Source of the DNA: Candidatus Latescibacterota bacterium
Lineage (GTDB): Bacteria > Latescibacterota > UBA2968
Direction: 5' to 3'
DNA length: 64,000 nt
Assembly: GCA_965207885.1 (NCBI GenBank)
Contig: OZ242311.1
Span: 5,696,001-5,760,000 of the forward strand
Each line of letters starts with the position of its first letter. The stretch's first letter is position 1. The notes below the pieces were generated by a model that searched no databases, was not told where the DNA came from, and saw only the letters and a program-made list of their open reading frames with translations. Made by a program: the position numbers and the translations under genes. Shown here in pieces: positions 30,041-40,000 of this stretch.

Positions 30041-31174
30041 ATGGGCATCGACAAAGCGCGTCAAATCTACGAAGACCTGGGCGTTGTTCCTGTAATCAAC
30101 GCATCGGGATATCAAACAGTCATCGGCGGGTCGCGTGTGGGCACTGAAGTGCAAGCTGCAATGGACACAGCGAATCGCTACTTTGCGGACATGGACGAAC
30201 TACTCAAAAAAACCGGTACACTCATCGCCGACACCCTCGGCGCAGAAGCGGCAATGGTCACACCCGGATGCGCGGCGGCATTAGCTCTCAGCTCAGCCGC
30301 CTGCATGTCGGGTAGCGACCCCGAAAAAATGGAACAACTACCCGATACCACGGGCATGAAACACCACATTTTGATACAAAAAAAACAGCGCTATCACTAC
30401 GACCCGGTACTCACTGTTTTCGGCGCCAAACTCATAGAAGTCGGCGATGAAAACGGAACAACCGAAGCCCAACTCGAAGCCGCCATATCAGACCAGACCG
30501 CAGCCATCCACTATTTCGCCCCCGGAGGCCAGGAAGGCGTCCTATCCCCCGAAGACGTCGTCCGCATCGCCCACGCCAACGGGATACCCGTCATCGTCGA
30601 TGCAGCAAGCCAGGTCTATCCCCTCGAAACCATGCTAAAATATCCCGACATGGGCGCAGATCTGATCGGCTACGGCGCCAAATACATTGGCTCGTGTCAC
30701 TCCACGGGTATCCTATGCGGGCGCAAAGACCTGATCGACGCCGCCTTTCTCCACTCCTTCATCGGTTATGAAACCTCCCCCTACGACACCATAGGCCGCC
30801 CGCTAAAAGTGGATCGGCAAGAAGTCATCGCCGTCGTCGTTGCCCTGCGCGAATGGTTCAGCATGGACCACGGAGCGCGCCTATCCGCCTACAAACGCAA
30901 AGCCGAAGCACTACTCTCAAACCTGAAAGACATCCCCCACATCGCAGCCAAATTCTCGGCCGACTCACGAGGCCTGAGCGATGGCGTACACATCACCGTT
31001 GATGAAACCGCACTGGGCAAAACTGCGGTGCAAATAATCGAAGAACTTCGACAGGGCAATCCAGCCGTATGGACACGCGGCAGTGCAAACACCTTTCGCG
31101 TTGCCGTAACAAATCTCATCGAAGACGACCAGGAAATCGTCACCGCACGCCTGCGCGAAGTATTGACTGGATAA
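30041..31174 (+). CDS. SelA-like / DgaE-family PLP-dependent enzyme
   Basis: LGVVPVINASG..T..GGS, GAEAAMVTPGCAAAL, PVIVDAA, IGRPLKV. Confidence 0.75.
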   Translation: MGIDKARQIYEDLGVVPVINASGYQTVIGGSRVGTEVQAAMDTANRYFADMDELLKKTGTLIADTLGAEAAMVTPGCAAALALSSAACMSGSDPEKMEQLPDTTGMKHHILIQKKQRYHYDPVLTVFGAKLIEVGDENGTTEAQLEAAISDQTAAIHYFAPGGQEGVLSPEDVVRIAHANGIPVIVDAASQVYPLETMLKYPDMGADLIGYGAKYIGSCHSTGILCGRKDLIDAAFLHSFIGYETSPYDTIGRPLKVDRQEVIAVVVALREWFSMDHGARLSAYKRKAEALLSNLKDIPHIAAKFSADSRGLSDGVHITVDETALGKTAVQIIEELRQGNPAVWTRGSANTFRVAVTNLIEDDQEIVTARLREVLTG

Positions 31175-31200
31175 TCTCGCGACACCAAATCCCAACACAA

Positions 31201-31234
31201 AAAACGCCATCAGCAAAATAGCTGATGGCGTTTT
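31201..31234. terminator. Bidirectional terminator; member of a 3-copy repeated element
   Basis: AAAACGCCATCAGC-AAAATA-GCTGATGGCGTTTT between convergent genes. Confidence 0.8.
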
Positions 31235-31288
31235 ACTTACCTCCGCACCGTAATATTTTGAAGACCTGTAACGGAGACAAAATCTATA

Positions 31289-31942
31289 CTATTGCCCGAA
31301 TCTTACAATCTGAAAAAAGTTATCCGTTTGGATGATTTGTCCTCTGGTATTGGATTTTAGAGAATCCAAAAGAGAAGAGAATTTCTCTCCACTCATTGAC
31401 ATTACAACCGGTGTGACACTTATTGTATCGGATAAATTAAGCATCCCTCGAAGATAGGTTTCAGGCACACTGCGAAGTGTGAGAACACCGATAGTATCAG
31501 ACATACTCCCACTCACGCGAATACTATCAGTGAGTCTCGCCAAGTAAAAATAATATATATCTTCGGGAGGTGGCATCCACGCACCTTCGGGCAAATGCCT
31601 CACCGTTCTGAAACTGAGGGTGCCTCTTATAGCAAGATACGGATCATTGACGAAATATTCTCCAGAGAAACTCTCAAACTGTCTATACATTGGATTACCA
31701 GTATAACGAAAATAACGATCAGCACGGGTGCCAAAGGAATAAGTTAATAACGTCCATGTCGCCATCCAAGAACCAGCGAGGTTGTCATAACTCAGTTCTT
31801 TATACTGGGGTTCTGGTCTTGGTTCTGGCTTCTGTTCCGGTCCCGTTATCGATTCTGGCTCTGGCTCTATATCTGGTCCAGCACTTTTATTCCCGCAACT
31901 CAGGATGAAAAACGCAAGCAGAATACACCAAAAGCGGGTCAT
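31289..31942 (-). CDS. Hypothetical lipoprotein
   Basis: FFILSC lipobox, Pro/Glu linker; RBS GCGGAGGT. Confidence 0.65.
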   Translation of the reverse strand: MTRFWCILLAFFILSCGNKSAGPDIEPEPESITGPEQKPEPRPEPQYKELSYDNLAGSWMATWTLLTYSFGTRADRYFRYTGNPMYRQFESFSGEYFVNDPYLAIRGTLSFRTVRHLPEGAWMPPPEDIYYFYLARLTDSIRVSGSMSDTIGVLTLRSVPETYLRGMLNLSDTISVTPVVMSMSGEKFSSLLDSLKSNTRGQIIQTDNFFQIVRFGQ

Positions 31943-31973
31943 GGCGACCTCCGCTTAAGTTTAGATAGTTATT

Positions 31974-32801
31974 TTATGGCTGCGAGACTTTTGGACCTTC
32001 TCGTAATATTCGCACGCCTACTCTTGGATCTTTCATGGCATAATAATAAATATGAGGAAAAAACATATCGCCTATGTCGCCTGCGTCCGTGGTATCATAA
32101 CTGCCTCCTTTTCTATAAGTAATTATACCCGCTGGATAAGCATCGCGGTAATCCAGTACCATCTCCCACACATTGCCATACATATCATAAAATCCCCAGG
32201 GATTGGGCAATTTAGTACCCACAATTTGCGCGCTATCTACATTCTTGCCCCACCATGCGTAGTCGCTTAGAGCACCAGAGCGATTGCCAAAGAAATAGGA
32301 TGTTATTGCACCTGCGCGACTGGCATATTCCCATTCCTCTGAAGTCCGTAATCGGTATATGCCGCCGTCATTTTGAAGGACTGTTAACTTTTTGGCGAAA
32401 TCTTTTGCTTCAATCCAGGAAATATTGTAAGCAGGATAATCTAGTTCAGGAAAACCGTCTTCGTCCTCGTCTTTCCTGGGCCAATGCGAGGTGTGCATAA
32501 CGTGTTCCCACTGTTGCTGAGTGAGTTCATATTTCCCAAGATAATAGCCGTTGGGAATTTCCATTATACCAAGCAGGTAATCTAAAATTTCTCTTGTCGA
32601 TGGATTTCTAAGGGGTGTTGCCACTATAAGCGTGCCTGGTTCAACCCATATAAAGGCCATTTTCGCCCCGCCCGGCAGGTCAATGATCAGATCGCCTTCC
32701 GCGTGATTGGGGATTGGTTCTGGCTCTATTTCTGGTCCCGTGCTATTACCGCCACAATTCAGGATGAAAAACGCAAGCAAAATGTACCACAAACAGTTCA
32801 T
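31974..32801 (-). CDS. FGE-sulfatase (SUMF1/CLec-fold) domain lipoprotein
   Basis: FFILNC lipobox, GKYELTQQQW, RLRTSEEWEYA, PNPWGFYDMYGNVWE, KGGSY. Confidence 0.8.
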   Translation of the reverse strand: MNCLWYILLAFFILNCGGNSTGPEIEPEPIPNHAEGDLIIDLPGGAKMAFIWVEPGTLIVATPLRNPSTREILDYLLGIMEIPNGYYLGKYELTQQQWEHVMHTSHWPRKDEDEDGFPELDYPAYNISWIEAKDFAKKLTVLQNDGGIYRLRTSEEWEYASRAGAITSYFFGNRSGALSDYAWWGKNVDSAQIVGTKLPNPWGFYDMYGNVWEMVLDYRDAYPAGIITYRKGGSYDTTDAGDIGDMFFPHIYYYAMKDPRVGVRILREGPKVSQP

Positions 32802-32858
32802 GGCTACCTCCGCTATTTAACGGACGGTTGACAGAATATTCAGCCATTATTACCTCTC

Positions 32859-33644
32859 TCAAGCTCGTGCGAGATCGCGATACGCTCTGAACAAATCTGA
32901 ATAATAAGCCACAAACATCCACAGATCGCCCACCCCCTTATCGGGGCGTCGCTCTGTCTCTGCCGACATGTATCCCTGATATCCCTTCTCGTGCAGCAGC
33001 CGGAACAACTCGCGATATGGATAGCCCTGTCCAGCCAGATCGTGCATATGCACATGATCCAACCAGGGCCATACCGTATCCAGCGCCTGTTTCACAGACC
33101 CATCCACCACATCTTGCGGCACCGAATTCCACACCAACCCAAAATTCTCGTGATCCACCTGCTCAGCCACTGCCCTGCACGCTTGCCAGTCGAACTCCCC
33201 GTGCAACTCCAGACACGGCTTCACCCCCTTCTCAGCGCCGTAATCACACAGCGGCTTCAGCGCCTCTGCCACCTGAGCAATCGTCTGTTCCCTGGGCACC
33301 TCTGCTGGAAAATTATTCCCAAACACGCGCACGCGTGGCGCACCCAGATCCGATGCCAGATCCATCCGAACCATCGTCTGCTCAATATGATCTTGAAGCT
33401 CGTCTGGATCCGTATCGTGATACCGATTGCCCGTAGCAACACTCATAATATCGATCCCCATCGCCTCGCAATCTGCCACCACCTGCTCTCGCTCTGCCCC
33501 GTCAATCGACGCCTCCACCCCGTGACCGTGTCCCGCATCCGTGCGAAACTCCACCCCTTCAAACCCGTGATCCTTCAACATCTGCAACAAATCCCGTCGG
33601 GAAAGATTCTTCAAAACACCATAAGTCATCCACGAAAGTCTCAT
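32859..33644 (-). CDS. Sugar phosphate isomerase/epimerase
   Basis: GFEGVEFR, LELHG, HVHMHD, SAE. Confidence 0.82.
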   Translation of the reverse strand: MRLSWMTYGVLKNLSRRDLLQMLKDHGFEGVEFRTDAGHGHGVEASIDGAEREQVVADCEAMGIDIMSVATGNRYHDTDPDELQDHIEQTMVRMDLASDLGAPRVRVFGNNFPAEVPREQTIAQVAEALKPLCDYGAEKGVKPCLELHGEFDWQACRAVAEQVDHENFGLVWNSVPQDVVDGSVKQALDTVWPWLDHVHMHDLAGQGYPYRELFRLLHEKGYQGYMSAETERRPDKGVGDLWMFVAYYSDLFRAYRDLARA

Positions 33645-33747
33645 TCTGATTCTCCTATTAAGTTGAAATTACCTATCTCGATAAACTAAACATCCGCAAG
33701 CGAAGTTACAAAATCAACATTTTTTGCGTCCTTATCTCCCAGATATA

Positions 33748-33775
33748 TTGACAAACGGGCATGTTGATCTATAAT
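33748..33775 (+). promoter_or_regulatory. sigma70 promoter of the methyltransferase gene
   Basis: TTGACA-16nt-TATAAT. Confidence 0.7.
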
Positions 33776-33842
33776 ATACTGAAAGGGTAGAATCTCGGAA
33801 GATTTTTCATATCTAAAACCATCTAAAATCTCACCGCGTAAA

Positions 33843-35777
33843 ATGATAGATATCAACGAACAACGCAATATACTGAGCCAGGTTGATCTTCTTAGATATA
33901 ACCTCGTTGTAAATGGCAAAAAGAAAAACCACCTTGGCCAGTTCTTTACACCGGCTCCAATAGCTGAGTTCATGGCACAGATGTTCCGCATATCAGAAGC
34001 CTCTGTTCATTTACTTGATGCTGGTGCCGGAATAGGTTCTCTTTCTGCTGCTTTTGTCGATTATGTGTGTACACAGAAGCATCCCCCAAAGGAATTTACA
34101 ATTACAGCCTATGAAATTGATGCTTCATTGACGCCATTTTTAGAAAATACATTGAAAGCTTGCCGCTCAAAATGTGAGCAACTGGGCATTCATTTTAGCT
34201 ACAAGGTGATCAATGAAGATTTTGTCAAGGCTGCTACATCTGCACTCAGACAAGATCTGTTCTCTCCCCATATTGAGAAGTTCAATTATGCTATTCTCAA
34301 TCCCCCCTATAAAAAAATCCAGAGTGCTTCTGAACACAGGAAATTATTGCGCCGCCTTGGGATTGAAACGAGCAATCTTTATACAGCTTTTCTTGCAATA
34401 ATAAAAAAATTACTGACAGACGAGGGACAACTCGTTGCAATTACACCGAGAAGCTTCTGCAATGGACCTTATTTCAAAGCATTTAGAAATGACTTTCTCG
34501 AAGAAATGGCATTAAAGAGAATTCACATCTTTGAATCCAGAAAAAGGGCCTTCAGCGATGATGATGTACTGCAAGAAAACATCATTTTCCATGCGATCAA
34601 ATCTAAGGCAAAACCATCGAAGATAGCGATTTCATCTCATGCATCTCCAGGAGATCCTCTATTCTGGAGAGATGTCGAATATAACCATGTGATACATCCA
34701 CAGGACCCCGACAAGTTCATTCATATCATAACAGATGAGACAGACCATCAAATAGCCGAAAAGATGAAGCATTTTCAATCAACTCTGGAGGAACTCGGCA
34801 TCTCGGTATCAACGGGCAGAGTTGTTGATTTCCGGGCGAACAAATTCTTGAAACAGGTACCAAATAAAAAAACCGTGCCCTTAATTTACCCCCTGCATTT
34901 CCAGCAAGGTTTTGTTGAATGGCCCCAAAAAAATAGTAAGAAACCCCATGCCATTATTTTTTCAGAAGAATCCAAAAATTTATTGGTCCCGTCTGGCACG
35001 TATGTTTTAGTAAGGCGTTTCTCTTCAAAGGAAGAAAAACGCAGGGTCGTAGCTGCTATCTATGATCCAGAGCGAATAAAATCAGAAACAGTAGGCTTTG
35101 AAAACCATCTGAATTATTTCCATTGCAATGGAAAAGGGATGCCTGTACATCTTGCTAAAGGACTGGTAGTTTTTCTCAATTCAATGATGGTTGACGCCTA
35201 CTTCAGGTTGTTCAACGGCCATACTCAGGTAAATGCTACGGACTTGAGAAGTCTTAAATATCCTTCAAGAGAAAAACTCGAATCTCTGGGGGCAAAAATT
35301 AAGGACAGATTACTGGATGTTGATGCGTTGGATGATTTAATTGAACAAGAGGTCTTTGATATGGCAAATGAAAGCGGGAAACCAGATCCAATCAAAAGAA
35401 AACAAAAGATAGAAGCAGCACTCGCAATTCTGAAATCTATTGGTATGCCAGGTGCTCAGCAGAATGAGCGTTCAGCATTAACCCTGCTGGCATTGATCGA
35501 TGTAAAGTCTGAAACACAGTGGGAGGATGCGAATAATCCCTTAATTGGCATTACACCCATCATGAATTTTGCGGCTGACCATTATGGGAAACAATACGCA
35601 CCAAATACGAGAGAGACAGTTAGAAGACAGACAGTACATCAATTTTTAGATGCTGGCATTATCCGCATCAACCCCGATGACCCTGATAGACCGACCAACA
35701 GCCCCCATACGGTATATCAAATTGAAGATTCTACCCTTGACCTGATCCGGTCTTATGGCAGTGCAAAATGGAATTGA
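33843..35777 (+). CDS. BsuBI/PstI-type N6-adenine methyltransferase fused to the N-terminal part of a BsuBI/PstI endonuclease (catalytic C-terminus missing)
   Basis: LGQFFTP, LLDAGAGIG, NPPY, FNGHTQVNATDL; then QQNERSALTLLAL, GITPIM, YAPNTRETVRRQTVHQF, NSP.TVYQI, ending abruptly. Confidence 0.85.
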   Translation: MIDINEQRNILSQVDLLRYNLVVNGKKKNHLGQFFTPAPIAEFMAQMFRISEASVHLLDAGAGIGSLSAAFVDYVCTQKHPPKEFTITAYEIDASLTPFLENTLKACRSKCEQLGIHFSYKVINEDFVKAATSALRQDLFSPHIEKFNYAILNPPYKKIQSASEHRKLLRRLGIETSNLYTAFLAIIKKLLTDEGQLVAITPRSFCNGPYFKAFRNDFLEEMALKRIHIFESRKRAFSDDDVLQENIIFHAIKSKAKPSKIAISSHASPGDPLFWRDVEYNHVIHPQDPDKFIHIITDETDHQIAEKMKHFQSTLEELGISVSTGRVVDFRANKFLKQVPNKKTVPLIYPLHFQQGFVEWPQKNSKKPHAIIFSEESKNLLVPSGTYVLVRRFSSKEEKRRVVAAIYDPERIKSETVGFENHLNYFHCNGKGMPVHLAKGLVVFLNSMMVDAYFRLFNGHTQVNATDLRSLKYPSREKLESLGAKIKDRLLDVDALDDLIEQEVFDMANESGKPDPIKRKQKIEAALAILKSIGMPGAQQNERSALTLLALIDVKSETQWEDANNPLIGITPIMNFAADHYGKQYAPNTRETVRRQTVHQFLDAGIIRINPDDPDRPTNSPHTVYQIEDSTLDLIRSYGSAKWN

Positions 35778-35797
35778 AGGCAGGATGCGACAACTTA

Positions 35798-36610
35798 TTA
35801 CGGGTCGGGGAGTTCGTCTTGGGACAGAAGCAACTTGATTGAGCGCGGTTGGCGGGGAACTCTCGATATCAAACCTCGTTTTTCCAGGGTCTTGAGCATG
35901 CTGTTGACAGAAGGGCCTGTGACGCAAAAATACCTCTGTATATCCGCCTGGGCCGGAGGATAACCATTCAACTTCGTATAATAATAGATAAATGTCAGAT
36001 ATTGTCCCTGTCTATCGGTATATACGAGTGCCTTCTCGCGCTTGAAGACCTTGTAGAAGTCGAGAAAAGATAGCATCCGATTGCTTTCTTCAAGATCAAA
36101 ATTCTCAGGGTCGAATGTCCCCCCAATCCACTCTGAATACATTTCATGCTCTGGATGATTTTTGTTCTGAAGCGCGCTTAAAAATTCTTCGTACCCCCAA
36201 ACGCCACCCACGTCCTCTGGTGGACATGCGCGTTTTCCCGTCAAACATACAGGATAAAGCACCTCGGCTTCTGGCTCCTTGATTTGTTCAACCCGAATAA
36301 TGTGTTCCCAGCTATCGCCGAAGTCATATTTATATGTAAACCGCACCCCAACCTCAACAGCGACCTGCTGAAGAGAGATTTCATTTGCATCTTGCATATA
36401 ATCCATCATTTCCCAGTCTTCCAAGCCTGGATGAGGGGTGCTATAATAGATATCGTCAACGATGAACTGATGAAGATGAGCATCTTCCCAACCCATCACA
36501 ACCTGAATCACCTGGTGTAGTTCTCCAAGTGAGATATTGCCATCAACCTCAAACCGCCGCCATATCGACGGCCTGAAACCCATTAGCGTAATTTTGAGTC
36601 GGTAGATCAT
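35798..36610 (-). CDS. Plasmid pRiA4b ORF-3 family protein with C-terminal LexA/MarR-like wHTH
   Basis: PSIWRR, LHQVIQVVMGWEDAHLHQF, YDFGDSWEH, CPPEDVGG; tail TDRQGQYL..PPAQADIQ..LEKRGLISR. Confidence 0.85.
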   Translation of the reverse strand: MIYRLKITLMGFRPSIWRRFEVDGNISLGELHQVIQVVMGWEDAHLHQFIVDDIYYSTPHPGLEDWEMMDYMQDANEISLQQVAVEVGVRFTYKYDFGDSWEHIIRVEQIKEPEAEVLYPVCLTGKRACPPEDVGGVWGYEEFLSALQNKNHPEHEMYSEWIGGTFDPENFDLEESNRMLSFLDFYKVFKREKALVYTDRQGQYLTFIYYYTKLNGYPPAQADIQRYFCVTGPSVNSMLKTLEKRGLISRVPRQPRSIKLLLSQDELPDP

Positions 36611-36644
36611 AATGTATTCTTTTTCTAAATTGGTGTAATATCCG

Positions 36645-36962
36645 TTATTTTATACCCGCAGGTCTTATTTCTTCAAGTTCGTCTTTCAAAGATTGCTCTA
36701 CACGCCACAAATCACAAGCTTGTTGCAGACGCAACCAGAGTCCGGGACCGTTGCCTACAAGCTTACCGATTCTGAGTGCCATTTCTATAGTAACCGGATG
36801 CGTACAGGCCAGAACGCGATGCAATTGTTGACGGGAAACACCGAGTCGCCGAGCGGCTTCACTAACCGATAACTCAAGCGACGGCAATACATCTTCGCGC
36901 AGAATCTCACCCGGATGAACAGGTGTGCGCTCCAACGGACGTTTGACAGAATATTCGGCCAT
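36645..36962 (-). CDS. higA: HigA-family antitoxin (orphan)
   Basis: PVHPGEILREDVL, SVSEAARRLGVSRQ, MALRIGK, WLRLQ. Confidence 0.88.
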   Translation of the reverse strand: MAEYSVKRPLERTPVHPGEILREDVLPSLELSVSEAARRLGVSRQQLHRVLACTHPVTIEMALRIGKLVGNGPGLWLRLQQACDLWRVEQSLKDELEEIRPAGIK

Positions 36963-36969
36963 TGTCACC

Positions 36970-36996
36970 TCAATGATATTGCTCAAGATTGACCCT
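36970..36996 (-). pseudogene. Remnant 3' end of a HigB toxin gene
   Basis: Minus strand AGG GTC AAT CTT GAG CAA TAT CAT TGA = RVNLEQYH-stop, resembling the VDxxDYH terminus of HigB proteins, directly before higA. Confidence 0.55.
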
Positions 36997-37080
36997 TAGA
37001 GTTTGAGACCGGCAATCATGACAGTTCAGGTTGGCATCGCGACAATTAAAGTACGGCTAAAGCACAAGCATCTTGACTAC

Positions 37081-40000
37081 TCAACCATTAAACACTTCTT
37101 CAATCAATTTTTTGATGTAGAGGGAGTCGATACCACCTCTTGGATCGTCACGGGTGATAATCAGCGTGCCGTTGGCCCCACCACCATCCTTGTGCGTATG
37201 CGGCAGGATACCATTTTCACGGTACCACCGCTTCTTCTCTTGCCAACGTTGCTTATAAGCGTAATCACCGAGCATGCCCAAATGCTCCCATATATACTTC
37301 ACACCCCTGTCGTCGTCTTCAATCGTGAAGTCCGGAAACTTATCTTGAGGAATGCCGCCAATAACCAACTGTAGCTCGTAATCGTAGTCAATATTCTTCT
37401 CGTGCAGCAGGTTGGCGATGATGACCTCGGATTTGGACCGGACTAGCTCACCACGTATCGTGTTGTGGATGAGTCGCTCTTCCAAGAAATGCCCCTTGAA
37501 CTCCATCGGTTTTGGTGGACCGAAGAGATTAGTCAATCGACAAGCTGTGGCCGAGTAACGTTCCGAACTAAACTTGTGCAGATCGGTAGCCGTTCCTTGA
37601 AGCAGTACGACCACCTTATCCTTTTGGCGCGTGAGTGCTGTATAGAGCAATTCTCGAGTAACCATGATCGGCGAACGAGGCAAAATTAGTAGCACCTTGT
37701 TGAACTCGCTACCTTGTGCCTTGTGAATAGTTAGCGCATAAGCCAATTCGAGACTGGCTTCGCCTTCCTCCTTAAAGTCACTATCGTAGAATGTGAATGA
37801 TGTGCCCCGCTGGGTGGAGAACTCAATCTCAAGGTTCTTGGGCGTCCAATTTCGTTTCGTAGTCCGCCGATGACCCACAACGATTCCGATCTCTCCGTTT
37901 GCCAGATAGCCAGTGTTATCTGGCCTCGGGAACATCCGCTTTTTGGGTACTGGCCAGTTGCGGTTGTTAATCACTTTGTCACCGTAGATAATCTGCTGGT
38001 CGCCCTTCGGCTTCGGAATTTTGCGATCTCCTTTTGGCCTTTGGGCCTGTTCGATCTGCCACCTCTTGTAGTGAGTATGAATAAATCGGTTGAGCGTATC
38101 AACGCCCCACGGTTTCTGGCGGACAGGACTTAAAATCTGCCAATCCTCGGCCGCGATTCCCGAACCTTCCCAATTGCCAAACTTGTGATTGAAATAGATG
38201 GATTTGTGCCACTCTCTACCACCAAGGCTGATGCCGAAAGCCTGCCACTCTTCAAGCTTCGGATCAAACTGAAGTACCCTACTCAAGATCCCGGGTAGCA
38301 CTGTCTCAAGTTCATCAGGTGTCTCCCACGAAATAAATTCGACAGTCTGGCTTTCACGCTTCCCAGAGAGGATATCAAATACCTGATCGTCCCCGACACT
38401 CGTCTCCCCACTACCAAACCACGAAGCGAGAAGTAGGTCGTCACGTTCACCTGCTCCCTCCTGTCGGCGCGGGATCATCAGTTCAGCAAAACCGGGAGCA
38501 ATGTGGGGTTTATCAGCCGAGAAGTCGTCGCGTTTCAGACGGGCAACGATATCGACGAATGGTCGTCCTGCGCCGATTGGAGGAAGCTGGCGGTTATCGC
38601 CAACGAAGATCAAGCGGTCCACCCCGATCAAGGATTCGATCAGTGCTGCCATCATCTCCTCTGTGAGCATCGAGCATTCATCAACGATCACCGTCTTGGC
38701 AACCCTCTCTCCACGTTCGCCCTTCATGAAGTATCGCTGAATATTACCGTCATAGCGGCCCGTACTACTTAAGTGCTGTGCAAGAGTGAAGGCCCGGCAA
38801 TTTTTAATACCTGCCTGCCGGGCTATGTCCTCCATGCGGACACGAGCCTTGCCGGTAGGTGCGAGGAGACGCACACCATCGCGATGTATCTCAGACTGGG
38901 CACAAAAGACCGATAGCAATGTTGTTTTGCCCGTACCTGCTCGCCCAATCAGGACACTGAATCGAGATGCCGCGAGTTCCTCAAGAGCCTCTGTTTTCTC
39001 AATACGTGCCGCGTTCTCTCGTTCCCGCTCTTCTGGATCATTTGGTAATACCTCTTGTCTCTTTTTGAGGAACGTATCAAGTACCTTTCGCCAGTTCACA
39101 TTCAGATCATGACGTTTGGCTGAAATTCGCTTCTCGACAGTAGAGCGAATAAGGTCGCCAGCCTTGCCTAAGCGCTCAAGCTGATAAGCTGGCCGATCAT
39201 CAGCCATCTTCACGATACGGATCTCATTCTCGAAAACCTCGTCTTCAGCAACACCAAGCAGATCGGCTGTGATCTGAGCTTTTTGCTCTTCTTGATCTTT
39301 TGTCCCTTGACGCAGGTCGCTGACGACATCGTCTCGGGGTCGAAGAGTGTCACCGTTCTGGGCAGCGACTTCAAGGTTGCGAATGGTAAGAGCACGAAGT
39401 CGTCGGACATCAACGGTCGTTTTTACCAATGAAGGCTCGGGGATGGGAAAGGCATTTCGGAGTTTCGCGTTCGGAAACATGCCACGATCAACGACCCCGA
39501 TCGAAACAGGCTGACCAGAAAGGCGCGTCGCTTCGTACACTAAATACGGATTTGCCGTGATATCCCCATCCGTTAGGTAAATGCCTTTGTCTGCACGATC
39601 CTCTGGTGATACTAAGAGAGTAGCCTGATCCTGAGTCAGATCCATCCGACTAAGCAACTCAAGGAAAGCGCGACGTCCATCGCTCATCCGATTCCAAGCT
39701 TTGGCGATAGTAATGTCGATATGTCGAGCCAACTCGGACGGTAATGCCGCGTCAGGATTTGAGAGTGTCTTGAACCAAGCTGGCCAAGGATTTGCTTCCT
39801 CTCCTACCTTATCAAGAAGAGCCTGAGCAATGAAGTTTCCCATGCCGACGCCCATTGCCGAGAGCACTGCACCGAGTCCCGGAAACGGACCGCGTTTGTT
39901 CCAAAGACGACCCAGTTCCCGATCAATCCATTGCTCGCAGGGATCGGACGCATATCCGAACAAATTGGAACAGCGATGCAACGCACCGCGCATCTCTAGC

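Noticed and set aside
30041-31174. Calling this gene selA to complete the Sec machinery
   Set aside because: Shorter than true SelA, lacks its N-terminal tRNA-binding region, and lies among catabolic genes; better fits the SelA-like/DgaE family
31974-32801. Diversity-generating retroelement
   Set aside because: No reverse transcriptase or template/variable repeat pair found in the window
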